A DNA stretch of 63,972 nucleotides, filler included, from Choristocarpus tenellus KU-1152 (taxonomy: Eukaryota > Protista > Phaeophyceae), in NCBI GenBank assembly GCA_964200185.2. It is 10 parts of 10 records of this genome, joined end to end, with 100 filler letters (N's around TTAATTAATTAA, not from the genome) between each part and the next. Parts side by side here need not be neighbours in the genome. Positions count along the whole stretch, not along the records: positions 22,877 to 31,219 come from CAXNAD020004828.1; positions 31,320 to 36,482 come from CAXNAD020011652.1; positions 36,583 to 49,103 come from CAXNAD020001812.1; 7 more parts are not named here. The stretch is one strand, 5' to 3'. This document shows, one piece after another, positions 27,601-40,800 of this stretch. The notes under the pieces are model-generated. The model ran no database searches, was not told the DNA's origin, and worked only from the letters and a program-made list of their open reading frames with translations. Position 1 is the first letter of the stretch; the number at the start of each line of letters is the position of its first letter. The position numbers and the translations under genes are program-made.

Positions 27601-28177
27601 CCTTCTCCACTGACTGATGGTGATAGTGGCTAGATCAATTCCATTGATCCTACTTGTGATTGCCATGAACAAGAGATTGTAGTATGAGAGATCCGGCTGC
27701 ACCCATGGTTTTTGACGCGCTGTTTTGCTGTATAAACATTGCTATATGAACAAGATACCCAAGCTCCTCCACCAAGCTTGTTGTCAATATGGTGTGGTTG
27801 CTGTTACATTACAAACCTGCTGCTACAGCAGATATGCAGGAGTGCAAAAGAACTGGGTTGTGTCTTCTTGTCTGGAGCATTTCATGATGCTCAATCCTGC
27901 AACATATAATGTGATCTGTTATCCTCTCTTTGCCTTGAACATCCTCTCCTCCTACATTTGCCCACCCACACTGACTGCCTGAATTTTGCACATCACTGGG
28001 GTGGCCCCTCAGCTGGATGAGGAGCTATTGCACAACCCCTTCATGAGGATCACAGTGCCATCAGTACAGGTTGCTACGGGTGCCAAGGATGGCGTGGAGG
28101 TTATGGCCAGACTGAGAACGATGAAAAACGACTTCCGCCCTCCTCCAGAAACAGCAAGCCGCTTCCCCAAGCTGTAG
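24682..28177 (+). CDS. GLO2: hydroxyacylglutathione hydrolase (glyoxalase II), metallo-beta-lactamase fold
   Basis: join(24682..24748,24958..25046,25199..25300,25697..25747,26100..26313,26889..27076,28013..28177), all GT-AG. Motifs: [84 protein letters not shown]. Start codon tentative. Confidence 0.93.
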
Positions 28178-30566
28178 GGGAGGGGAAAAGCATGACCAAC
28201 TGACTTTGAGATGGACGTTTTTTTCACTGATCGTATCAACCATTCAGCGGACATACTGGGAGGGAACTTTGAGGAATTTATGATTCTCGAGTCTTTTAAT
28301 GAAGACTAAAGTGTGTCAAAATTGTGACTGCCATATTTTCTACGTTGATACTGAAACGGTATTTTGAGGATTTGAAACTCTTCTACGGTCTTTTTTACAG
28401 TCAACATACTTAATATTGACCTGACTCTTTTTGAACCATTCATGATTTGAAAAGTGTTGCCCATCTCTTTGTGCATATTTGTGTAGGATGAGTATCATTG
28501 AGATACAGATGTCACCAGTATTGATTATGATATATCAAGTAGAGGATTAATGTGTTGAAAAGTTGGCTGACACTGCTCGGCCAAAGATGAATACCCCACT
28601 AGCATAGAATGATGCATTTTGCAGGACGTGCCTCTTGCTTCTTTCTCCTGGTTGCTGTCTCCCAGAAGTCTTCTTCTCATGTTGCTCCGATGATCCTATC
28701 ATGGTGTTGTGTCTTTGAACATGGAAGGCAATTCACCTATACAGCGGGTGAATTGAGTAGGCTCTCGCTACAAACATCTGGTAGTCTAGGCAGAGGAGTA
28801 AGTGGAATTTTCCTTGGGTGTGATAGGTAACGTAGAGGATGTGTTGACATTTTGATTTTTCTGCACTAATGAAGTGCGTCCTCAGTACCCAGGTTTGAAG
28901 TTTCATTTTCCTTTCAGTAATACTGTAGTTGATATTACACTTTCCTCTTTAGCACCTACTAATAGTATATGCTATGCTTACACACGAACACACACACACA
29001 CACTCCTACTTCATACAGGTATCAAGTGTGGGCATCCTTCCATGAATAGACTACAAGTGAATATGGCTGGCCAGTTCAGCGATACTCCCTTGCAATGCAC
29101 TGTCACAGATCTAATAGCCACCCAGCTTTCATACACCAATTTTGACCCCTGATTGATGTGTTACAAGATAGTTGTCAATCGCGTAAGAAAGGGCCCTCCT
29201 CCTGCATCCCATAAAATCCCATCCTACGTCTTGATTCCTTCTTCTGATTCTTTTGCTTACATTTTCTGCGTTCACTTGTCTCAACACAAATAGCACTGAG
29301 ATTGATATGAAACAAAAGTGTATGGATTCCTTGCACCTCCTGAACGGATAGGCAGACACTTATCGCAATAAATTCAGTGTACTTGTGGACTGTGGTTGAC
29401 CCACAACCAGCACATATCACCACCACTCCATCATCTCATACACTTCACCATCCCACTCTGTCGTACATCCAAAGCCTAGTAGTTGGCCTTGACTATTCCT
29501 ATGCACCAGTCAGGGAGGGGGGTGAAGAAAGGGCTCTGCATGTCAGAGGCATGCCCTTTCTTGTCCACCTACTCAGTGTCTTGACCTTGAAATTGAACTA
29601 AGGCATTACAGAGCAAGTTCATAGAGCCGTTTATAAGACGGCCATCACATAGAACCTTCTCATTGCAACATCACAACGAAAACAACTTGTGATGGCGCAT
29701 CGAGGGATCCTCTACATTTATCGTAGCTGTTAGAGCTGTGAGCCAAGACAGATACATAGAATTGACCTGACTAGATTGTAGAAATTTGGTAGGTCCGAAA
29801 CCCACCCGAAAACGTTTGGCCACTTGCCTACTTAGAAGATCACAACCTAAAACGAACCTCTTAACTCCCTGGGTTTTCTTTGGGATAATAGCAACTCTTA
29901 CTCGAGCCAATCTTCTAGATCGCCACATACAACTGCAAGAGTGGCATACACACTTCTTCAAGGTACATTTCAAGCTTTGCGACTGGAGTATGCTACCAGG
30001 ATCGAAGTTGAGGTCCTTACCTTTGCACCAAAACCAGGTGGAGATTAACGTAGTAGCACTAAATAAAACTTGACAATGCCGCAGGCACGACAGAGCTAGT
30101 CGATCGACCTTTCCCACTTCACAATAGGGGGCAGATAGCTCAGAGTAAATGGCTTCATAACTACCCCGTTGTCACTAGACGTATTATGGATACGGTACAC
30201 CCAGTCTTCTGGAGTATTTGCCGTTTTACTTCAAAACGAGGTGTGAAATTTTGAACTACTTAATTTTTCGAATGTGTCAATTATTTCGAAGTAGTATTGT
30301 GGCTTCTCTTATCTTCGCATTCTAGAAGTTAAAATGGGGAATATTTCGCTCAATGCCATCTCCCTCTATTGTTAGTAGGGCGCCCTTCCTTTTCCAGTAC
30401 TCGGAGGAATAAGCACTACAAATAATATACAACACCAGATCAAGTCAAGGACTTTCTGCACAACATGAAACAATCTTCAACTACTCCTACGTCTAACACA
30501 TTTGCTTTTTGCAACGAGTCTGTTTAATGATATTGATATCTGTATCAATGCATGAGAGGGGAACAA

Positions 30567-30745
30567 GAGTGAAAGTATCTTAGAGGGTACAAGTTTTGCT
30601 CTGCTTGTCTATTTGGGGCTTGGCTTCCCATGTTTTTTTTAATGACATTTTCCTACTCCAAAATGTATTGGAGTAGGTAATATGTATACGTTATGAAAAA
30701 GGTGTGTCCGGAACAAGGACGTTGACACTTCCTAACAAACACGAT
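30567..30745 (-). mobile_element. MITE family A, partial
   Basis: One TIR (GAGTGAAAGTATCTTAGAGGG) plus internal sequence. Confidence 0.8.
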
Positions 30746-31448
30746 ATACAATGAGAATTTGACTTCTGACGTCAAAGCGGTAGCAATACTCTATACTGTG
30801 CAAGTTCTTCAAGGTACTTTGAGAGAGTGGCTTTGAATTCTTGATTGTTCCGTCACTACTGAGTACTTCTACACACAAAACTGATCGGAATTGACATCCT
30901 CATGCGGTTGGGAAGACTAGTCCCTCACTACTTTGTTTTGCATATATTCAGATCCGTGAAATTAGTATAGAACGTAGATTTAACATATCGATATTTCAAT
31001 TACTGTAGTAGATACTACGTTGTGGTGTTCAGAACCCTGGGTCAAAGTATCTGGGGGGGGGGTGTCGGCGTCCGTTTTCCACCCTTTTTTCGATTTTCAC
31101 TTTTTTGGTGTGATTGGGTCGCACGTGTCAGATTTAAAATGTCAGCAAAAAAAAAAAAGTTGTTAGACCGAAACGGACGCCTCCTCATAAAACCCCACAC
31201 AAACCAAAAAAAATAAGAANNNNNNNNNNNNNNNNNNNNNNNNNNNNNNNNNNNNNNNNNNNNTTAATTAATTAANNNNNNNNNNNNNNNNNNNNNNNNN
31301 NNNNNNNNNNNNNNNNNNNTCACCCAAAAATCGTGAGATGAAAAAATTGACCCCAAATGGACAGCTGCCACCCCCTCCCAGATACTTTGAGCCAAATATG
31401 GCCTTCGGCAGGGGTGTGTTCTTGCTTTGATCCTCTCTAACATATTCA

Positions 31449-31635
31449 GTCTCAAAGCATCTGGAGGGGGGGGGAGGCGGCTGTCCATTTGGGGCCCATT
31501 TTCCAATGTAGCGATTTTGGGGTGATTTGGTTGCATGCGTCGGATGAATAATGTAAGTGCACTTCTCCTGGTCAGGACTCGGATAGACACCCTGGTGTAG
31601 ACCCCTCCCCCTCCCCCCCAGATACTTTGAGCGTC
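31449..31635. mobile_element. MITE family B, complete copy
   Basis: CTCAAAGCATCTGGAGGGGG...CCCCCCAGATACTTTGAG. Confidence 0.75.
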
Positions 31636-31679
31636 TTCATTCCAGTGATAAATGGGCAGTTAAGGGAATCACCTCTGGC

Positions 31680-32620
31680 CCAGCCATCTCCAATGACGTT
31701 GATGTTATCAACAGATCAAGGACAAACCAAATGATCAGAGGAGGAGCACCAGCGAGTGGGACAACACTTGATTGAGTGGCATTAGTGGGAAGACGTTTAT
31801 TATGCTGATTATGCAGGCATTGTCTTCAACGCCCAAGGTGATTCGGTCTGGACGATGATGACAATTCTTGAGAAGGTGGCTGGATCATTTGACCTAGATG
31901 TAATGGCGTTGAAGGCGGAGATTATCTGTGCCTTCATCCTACTCCTAATCAGAATTCTAAAACCGGGCAGATTCAGGCAATGGAAAAGACCTACAGACTA
32001 ATAAGATTAGTTTGTTTACCTTGCGGAAACCATCACTGACGATGCCGCTAGTAGTGCTGAGGTTAGCCAGAGGAGGATTCAGAAAATTTGAGTTTCCGCA
32101 AATACAGGCAGGTTCTTTTTGACAAGACCTTGGGTCTATTCAAATGCTCAAACCGGAAGTACTCAGGCTTCTGGTATACGGCTGTATGACGCGGACACTC
32201 GGCCGGCTCATTATCTGAAGCTCTGCTCACGTCATCATTATCATAAATCCCTCCTCTGCTGCAGAAGGTTTTCTGCAGCTGGGAACATACCGAACATAAT
32301 GTCCTGATCACATACAAAGGTCATCTAGAACTCGGTATGAAAACATTGAGGCAATGATGCACAAGCAGAGCCTCCTATTTGCGTGGGGGATGAGAGACTT
32401 CCCAAGATATTGATTGATGTTTTTGGAGCTTGCAAATGGAAAACAGAAGCAAGTTAGCCCGGAGAAGGAACTGGTGGACGTGTCTCTCTTCTCTGAGAAG
32501 ACCTTGATAAGTTTGGGATTGAAGTTTAAGAATGGAGCATGAGAAGAAGAAGAGTTTTACAACCAACAGGATTGGTATAAGTATGCATAAGCGGCGAATG
32601 GCACAATGAGTTCCATAATG
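31680..32620 (+). mobile_element. 3' fragment of an RTE-like LINE
   Basis: YADYA (decayed YADD, ~31800), and a C-terminal part paralleling the 9300-10050 region (FAWG..RLPKI, EKELVDVSL). Confidence 0.6.
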
Positions 32621-33039
32621 ATCAAACGACGCTCCAAGGAAAAGCTATGATAGCTAATGTACGTCACATCAAAGAAGCAGTTAAAATCGCCCTAGGCACC
32701 AACATCATAACCATCACCATTGTCTCCTGAACGCTATTTTCCCTGCGACCTTATATCTTGCATCTTTCGACCATTTTATTCTTCTAATCCACATACTATG
32801 TGTTTTTTTAGTGACGGCGTTTTTGTCCGAGACCGTCTTTTTAAATTTTCGTTAGGGTTACATAGGAAACATTCCTCAATATTTCCTGCATCGTCTTTAA
32901 ACTAGGTACAATGAGTGTGAGATACCTCAGAATAATGTGTAATGATGATGAGGTGGCACCAGTAGGTTCGCGCCCTCTGTGGCAATCTTGCGTTTTTACA
33001 CCGGAACGCCACAACAATTACACAACAATGTATATATAA

Positions 33040-34750
33040 AACGAAAGGGTATAACAAGGACTTTTGAACGTTTGTATCCACGATGCCCAGGCTTCGAAGA
33101 ACGGGAGCTGTGTCCCAATCGAGTAATAGCAAAAACGCGGGGGAACACCTCCAGAGCAATTTTGAAGGTCACGACTTCAAAACGGACAAAAATGAAATGG
33201 TTGGCTGAACTCCTTGCAAAAACCTGGTCCGGGCTAGGTCGCTGCCCAAGTTTGGTCAGTGTGGCAATACCGAAAAAAAAAAGATTTGCGAAGATCTTTT
33301 TATCGCCTTTTCCAGACTTCCTGTGAGCACACACACGCGTGACTCACACAGCAACATAAACCACGATGTTGAGACAAGGAGGGCTGCCAAGGCCACTCTG
33401 CCCCCTGGGTCTACCCTTGGCACCCTCTCTGTTGAGAGGCGACGGAAAAGTAAGTACTGTGTGACACTCAGTGCGATGTTAGGTGACGAGAAAGTGCAAG
33501 TAGTGTGGCGCAGCAGCATGATCGAATCACGAAATGGATCACAGGGCTACGACGCTGACGCTGAGAGAAGATGCATTGAAAGAATTACCACAAAAACGTG
33601 GTTGAATCCTCAACAACGTCAGAGCACTGCTCTGCAGTCTCTACCGCCTCAGGGAAGCAGGAAGAGAGCGGTGAGTCCATCACCAGGCTGTACAGTGACG
33701 AAGTCTGTGGGGAAGCCTGGTCACGGCAGGCGAAGGGAGAACCGGGGTGGCCGCCTGAAGGGGAGATTGGGGAAGAGAGCAGTGCGACTGCGTGCCATTG
33801 CACTCAGGAAACGCCTAAGCGAAAACTCGGTTGTAGAATATCTTAGTAGTCGACAGTTGCAGCAGGCCCTGGCTGACTGGAAGCTGTGTGAGTCGGAGTG
33901 GCCTGTGTGAGCCGGAGTGGCCTAAGGAAACGAGAAAGAAGGGGTTAGGGTGGGTACAAGGGCTCTGAAGCCTGAAATAAGGTCGAAAGGGCCCGCAAGG
34001 CGGAGGAGAAAGCGATTGTAACAAAGGCAGCCGTGGAGACCTTTCGATACCACCAAATCCTTTACTTAGAAGAGGTCACGAAACAGGTGGAGGTAGCCAT
34101 CGACGTGGACGCCAGGAAAGAAGAGGAGGTGAGATCGAGACTATTTGCACACCAATGGTTTGGTGTCTCCCACTTCTTGCAAGATGCCGTACATTTACTT
34201 TTGTTCCTGGACTTAGGGTTGGACGTATAAAGTTGATTAGGCCTTTCTCCCAGCCTACATTCATTCGAGAAATCAACACAATTCTCAATCGACTCAAGCC
34301 TGTCCTCCCTCGCCCTTGCGCCTTGATGAGCTAATATCACCCGCCCAGGAAACACGGACGACACCCATTTCCGGTGCTCAACGAGGAAATGTGATAGTAA
34401 GGGCTCTAACACTGCGAATCCTGTACCTGTGTATGAGCGACGGGAAAGACCGTCAAACGGCGCTTGAGATGGCAGCAGGGTATGTAGTCAGGTCGGAAAC
34501 TGTGAGTAAATGGGAGAGAGACTTCCTAACTAAGGGCCACATCAAGGTGTCGGAGCAAGGGCGCTACGAGAGGCGTTTTGTTCTAGGCGTCAACGAGGAC
34601 ATCCTTGCCGAGGTCAAAGAGTAATTGCACGAACACACAGGAAGAAAGGGTGGGGAGGCTTTTTCCCTGTCTAAATCCTGTACTTTAATCACGTAATAGA
34701 GCCTCTGTTTCCACTCTTGGTGACCTACAATCCAGGGTTCGAACCCCAAT
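33040..34750 (+). mobile_element. repeat family D, copy 3
   Basis: Colinear with 21150-22677 (ORFs 34033..34230 and 34316..34624). Confidence 0.75.
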
Positions 34751-35156
34751 ATGAGCGATATTTTTCAAGAAAAGGAATAGTGGAGCCAAAGTAACTAAGA
34801 GGATACAGGATTTGCCCTGTTGGTCCATTTGGGGCCCGCAATATTAGGCGATCTAGGGCTTTTTAATATTTTTTTTTCGTTTTTATTCGTTAAAATTGTC
34901 GAAATGTATGCAAATGACTATTTAAAAGCAATTGTCTTCATTTTTCCCCTCAGATAGACATAGAAATGCACATGAAAATTTGCTGTTGGGTGTTATTTGG
35001 GTGATCATATCGTGGATGAAGTGTTTGGTGATGGTCCAAAACTGGATACATTTGAATCCATTGGCGTTTTTGTAGGCGATAGAGGATGTGTACTGAAAAG
35101 ATCTCCTGGTGCCGTCTTTTTGTTACTCTGGATTGATCCCGATGTTTTGGGGGAAG

Positions 35157-35775
35157 AGTGTCCTCTTTGTGCACCAAAGCTCCTAGCGTAAACTTTTTCG
35201 TCTTGATCTAAACCATAAAGTATCAAACATAAACCTGTCAACAGCCCCCAGGCTGATCGATATACAGTATCAAGAGACAGAACCTCTTAAAACTTAGGGG
35301 GCACACTTAAGAGGACACTCTTCGTACGAGACCAGAAGCATGGGGTTTGACATGATACAGCGTCGCCCAAATTGTAGCTGACAAAGTAAGGGCCAAGGAA
35401 TCGAGAAGAAAGTAAGAAACAGACACACAATATAATGTAACTGCCGTCATCTCATGACACAATACCAGGATGTTGTCCAAAATATATCTTCATGTACCTC
35501 TCTTGAATAAATTTTACGCGCTTCGCTTCATCACGACCAATTCTGGTTCCAGCAAAAAGAGGGGAGAACTTACTAAAACGATATGCACACAAGGGAAGTA
35601 AAAATGCATCGATACGAGATCAAAATGGAAACTTCTCATTATAGAACCAAACCTTCCCGCCTGGAAAAGAGTATCCTCTTGTGCGCCAAAGCTACGAGTA
35701 TACAAACGTTTCTGTCTTGATCAAAACCCATGAAGTACCAAACATAAACCTGTCATCAGCCCCCAGGCTGATAGA
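35157..35775. repeat. ~110-bp direct repeat pair (35157-35263 and 35668-35776)
   Basis: AAACATAAACCTGTCA(A/T)CAGCCCCCAGGCTGAT and upstream sequence are duplicated. Confidence 0.75.
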
Positions 35776-35914
35776 TAGTGGCGAAAACAACGAAGCCTGT
35801 ACTCTGCAGGGTCTTGTGATGGGCATCACGAATATGCGTTTATTTTTTTAATCCGATGTCTACATCAAAAGTTATGAAGGGACAACCCCAAGGGGCGAAG
35901 CTACTCGTACCACT

Positions 35915-36278
35915 GTATATCGTGTTGGCAGTTGCCTCCAGGATGAGACCAGTCTTGATTGTTTTGAAAGGGTTGCCCAACGAGTTAGACGACGATGAGC
36001 ATACCAAATGAAAGCACTTGATCGAAGCTATCCCTGGTGCAAAGGAATGTTTTGGAACCTTTTTTCTTGGTAAGGTTAAAGTTTAACCGATTGGTTTCTT
36101 TACAATCTTGGAAATGTTACGGGATGAATTATCACGACCAAACATATTTTTACGAACACATTCCTTTGCACCAGAGATAGCTTAGATTCAGAGCTTTCAT
36201 TTGATATGCTGATCGTCGATTTACCCGTTGGGCAACCCTTTCAAAAACATCAAGATTGGTCACTGCCAAAACGGTACT
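35915..36278. mobile_element. foldback/MITE-like element with ~120-bp imperfect inverted arms
   Basis: GACCAGTCTTGATTGTTTTGAAAGGGTTGCCCAACG...GGTGCAAAGGAATGT pairs with ACATTCCTTTGCACC...CGTTGGGCAACCCTTTCAAAAACATCAAGATTGGTC. Ends are ..TTGGCAGT and ACTGCCAAAACGGTA. Confidence 0.75.
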
Positions 36279-36309
36279 GTGGCTTAATACTGTTTAAGCC
36301 ACTCACAGT

Positions 36310-36482
36310 ACACGATTCTGGTTGAGCGTCTTGGAGCACACTGCTTGATACTTCCAAAGTTCCGCTTTGAATTGAACCCGATAGAGATGGTCTGGGGGTG
36401 GGCGAAGCACTATTTACGAGGGCAAATTGACTGCGCGTTGCCTGGAATGAGAGCCAACATTCCTGTCAGTCTTAAGGAGGAA
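36310..36482 (+). mobile_element. C-terminal fragment of an IS630/Tc1/mariner-type DDE transposase
   Basis: LPKFRFELNPIEMVWGWAKHYLR matches the LP.+..ELNPIE..W...K motif around the third catalytic residue. Cut by the contig end. Confidence 0.75.
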
Positions 36483-36589
36483 NNNNNNNNNNNNNNNNNN
36501 NNNNNNNNNNNNNNNNNNNNNNNNNNTTAATTAATTAANNNNNNNNNNNNNNNNNNNNNNNNNNNNNNNNNNNNNNNNNNNNCAAGCCC

Positions 36590-36713
36590 TACAAATGTAT
36601 ATATTTTACCTACTACGAAACATTTTGGAGTCGGAAAATGTCATAAAAAAATCCATGGGAAGCCAAGCCCCACAAACAGGGAAAAATTCGTACCCTCTAA
36701 GATAATTTCACTC
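36590..36713 (+). mobile_element. MITE family A, partial
   Basis: Right half and TIR at the contig start. Confidence 0.75.
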
Positions 36714-37801
36714 ACATTCTAGACGACCAGAGGGAGCATATCTGAAGCAAGAGAGAAAAGGGATGAAATATGGTTATGTCTACAACAAAGGTGATAAATG
36801 AAAAACTTCAGAAATAAGTGAACTATATACAGTGCGAGCAGAAGCTGCATGCCAAGGCATGTTACCCATTGATCCTTGCGTGTTCCACATTCAGACCCAA
36901 AGTTGTAGTGAATTTTCTGCAGTCAGCCTGTCATCACATAATACAACCAAGCAAGAGCAGAGCCGGTTGACTTTCAACTAATCCTTCCCAGATTTGCATG
37001 TATGTGATTGCATAAAAATATATATTCCAAAGAACCTTGGATCCACCTCGCTTCCATGATATCTATCCTGTCTAACAAAAAAGGAAATTGCACAATGTAC
37101 ATCCAGTCCACGGAGAAAGGCATACCAAGGAACCTTCTAACACCGCAACAATTTACAGGCACATTTTCACAATGAGGTGAAGGGTATATGAAATTTCTGA
37201 AAGTTTAAGGAAAAATAATGTTTTCCTTACGGTACTAAACATGCTATGTGTGGCAGTTTGATCAGTGAGACGGTATGGATATCAGGGGAGACATCAATGG
37301 CACAATAATTTTGAAACTGCACCACCCTAAGTTTCATATAATCTTACCACTCCACCCATTCTTGTTTCACAAAAGCGACAATTGATTCAGTGACCACCTG
37401 AAAAGCTCCCAACAGCACTCCTCAGTAGGGGTTATTCATGGTTGCGAATCAGGGGGAACTGAGCACTACCAAGCATCAACAACACACAAGAACACGACTA
37501 GACTCCCATCCCTGCGAGATTTACCTATCATAAGCCACCTTGATGGGCAATCAATACAAAGAGCTCAGCTAGTCGTGTTCACAACAGCATGATCATATTT
37601 ATGGACAAAAGAATACACTGCTGTATTCCATAGGTTTAGCTCGAAGGATCAGTGGCAACTAGAGCAATCATATTACTAGCTGCCTCCCACAAAAAAAAAA
37701 ACTCTTCACACCGAAGGAACATTTCTTCACCAGGCTAGAACTTTGTTGGGTCAACGACATGTTTGCAAATATGGGAACCAGCTTCACTTTGCTGCAACAC
37801 C

Positions 37802-40800
37802 TCAGTTCACACTATATACCACCATGTATGTCGGAATTGCAGCTTCTTCTTTGTAGACCACCACCTCATCATAGTTCAGGCTGGGTCCAACCTGGATGAA
37901 GCAGGATAGGGGGGAACCAGATCGATTAAATTCTGTATTGGTCTCAAATCTGGAACATCAAGGCTTTGCTGCTGTCCTCAACTGTCACTAGTTACGATTG
38001 ACTTCACGAGAAGAAAAAAACGAAATGTGATGCATTCAGTGATGAAGATCCCTACGGACAAAGGGTAGATAGCACGTAAGAAAATAGCACAAAAAGGACA
38101 CGTCAAATTCAGGTGTACATATGGCCACTCACAATAGCCAGATTGAGAAAAGGATCAGCTTCAGCTTCCTAAGCTCTGAACTTCGAATATTAACTCACTG
38201 GCCTATACCCCTACACTACAGTTCTACAGTTACACTGATCAAGACAGGAGTCTTCCCAACCTTCACTCCAACCACACACCCACCAAAAAATTTGAGCTGA
38301 TCGTAAAAGAAGAGGAGAGAAAGAGTGTGACATAGCCAAATCATTTAAGGGGGTAGGGTCACGTCCGTTTGGGGTCCAAAATCCAATGCTGTCGTTTTGA
38401 TGAAGTTTGGCTATCGTGTTTGTTAGCAAGTGTCGATATCCTTATTCCAGACTCACCTTTTCATACATCTTAGGTAACTGTGTTCACACAGAAAACCGAA
38501 AAAGGGTAAAAAACCCTGCGGGAAGCCAAGCCCCAAACAGACAAACAGGGCAAAATTCCACAGTGATTTACTGCTCATCCCAGGTGGGTTCATGGCATTC
38601 ATCTTACCTGTCCGTGGAGGTGTGGTTCCCTATCTGAAGGGCAAGTAGACAGGTAAAAACTCGTTCAACAGCATCACTCACCTCACCCACCACAGAGTCG
38701 TATCCTTGCGGTGGACACTCTGTATCAGGCAGTGAGCCTGATTTGGTCTTGTATGCCTTCCCTGACACAACCGTACACATAAACATGCACCGATAAGTCT
38801 TACCATCAGCCACCTGAACCAGAAAACAAGAGCAAGGAAAGTCCGCACACAGAGTTACAAATATCACGAACTGCACAAAGGAGCTTATAGCTGATTGTCA
38901 TAGTATTATGTCTGCCTTCACAAGTATGAGAAACTCTATGACAGGGTATAAAGATGGTTTTAGTTTAGTTGACAGTATAGTGTGACAAAGAAAAAAACTG
39001 CTGACAGTGGATGTGGAAATACTTGTACCAATTGGGGTAAATGCACAGTGGCATACTACTCCTTCAACTGCTCCTTTCCAGGATGGTGAAGGAACTTTTC
39101 AGATTAGTCCCTGAGCTGCAAAGATGCCTTCAATATAAACCACTGAGCCTACACTGAAGACATTAAACTTGAATAAAAAGCATCCTGTCCTGATGTAGTC
39201 GAGCAGATATGAAGTGGCTGATTGCAAATAGGAATGAAATAGAAGGTGAAGAGGATTATCATTGTGCTGTTGTTCAAGAGGCCTGTGTATCAGGGACATT
39301 TCAAAACATTCCGGTCCTTCATAAGGCAGGCATACGCAAGTAGTTAAGTCCTTGGGAAAGATTGGCTCCAATGTTTTCTGGCATTCCAGGCTAGGTCCAC
39401 CAACTATTGGAACCTGTCAAGTTTGCGGACTGGACAGGTTCCAATATTTTCTGACATGCCTGGACAAGGTCCAACCAAGTCGGTAACGGTCTGGTAAGCG
39501 TGACAGACAGGTTCAATTCTGGGCTGTATTCCAAGTTCAACGGACCAGTCCGGTTGGTCTGTCCAGTTTCCATGTAAAATTGTCTGCAAAACACCAATAT
39601 AAACAAGAAATATACTCAGTATATAACAACAGCCAGGACCCGTAACGTAAACACACAAGGGTGAGCATATGTGTGATATGAAGGAGAGTTGCTCCTGGAT
39701 ATCACCTACAGATGGTTTGAGCTGACCAATCAGGCATCAGTACCTTTTCTCAAGATCTTGTTGCAGTTATTTCAGAAGAGCTATTTGTTTGAGATAAGAA
39801 GAGGCAGTACGGGTCACACATGGAGAGTCAGATGGATAAACAGGAATGACATGGTATGTGCGTGATGGGCACCTAGAAATTTTGTAAGGGTTGCTTCACA
39901 TAATGAGTTACTTCTGCTGAACGCATACGGCTGTACGTTATGAGTAGTATTGCATAGGAGTGAAGCGCACAACATATAGTGTGTAACAGACAGAAATCTA
40001 CTGGGTTTGTACAGTATACTAGCAGCACATATATAGTGGGTTGCTCGGCAAGACTTGTCTTGGCTAGGCTGGTCATGAGCAATTGTTTCTGACAGGGTCA
40101 TTCCATGGCAATCAACTATTTCAAACACCATGGAAACATGATGGTCAACGTTGGTGCGAATACTGTATGATGTTCAACCATATTTAGTCCATACCATCTT
40201 TTATCCATGACAACATCTGTCCATTACACTGTAACACCTGATGCCCATATAAAGTTGGGGTCAATTTGCTCTATAAAATGTCCATTGTCCTGCACCAGGC
40301 TTGGCACTTAACGTCTGTTTTCAGGGCAATGCTCAGAGCCATTTGCTGATGAAGCACTCTCCAAAGCGCCAAACTTGGGAGTTTTCGACAACATTTTAAA
40401 ATGCCAATTCCGCCTCGTTCAAAAGGCAAAGAAAACCCCCCCCCCGTTCATTGTGTGGGACAACACTTGCACTCATTTGCTCTCTATAGCTCCTGTTGTC
40501 AACACTATGCTTTGTTGCGTGTAGCACAAAGATGTCAAATTGCATTGCGCAATTACTATGCCTGAGGTGTGAAATATTGCCTGGAGGTTGTTTGTTGCTG
40601 TATATTCTCACCTTTGAGGAACCAACAGCGTAGTCATTGGACTTTCCTGACACAGAAGAGAAGTATAGACCTTTGCCATAACGCAAGCCAATGCTTGTTC
40701 GCCGGGCCGTACCACCCACTCCCTTAAAAGTGAAGCCATGAGTGCAGATGCTACACACATTGCAATCTGTCCTTGTGCAGGGGCCTCTCTGCTCAACAAA

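Noticed and set aside
24682-28177. GLO2 as part of the ART-NADAR system
   Set aside because: It lies on a different contig, two linkers away, and is an ordinary housekeeping enzyme.
29100-30200. ORFs 29671..30117 and 29129..29426 as a gene or transposase
   Set aside because: No recognisable motif and no consistent splice model.
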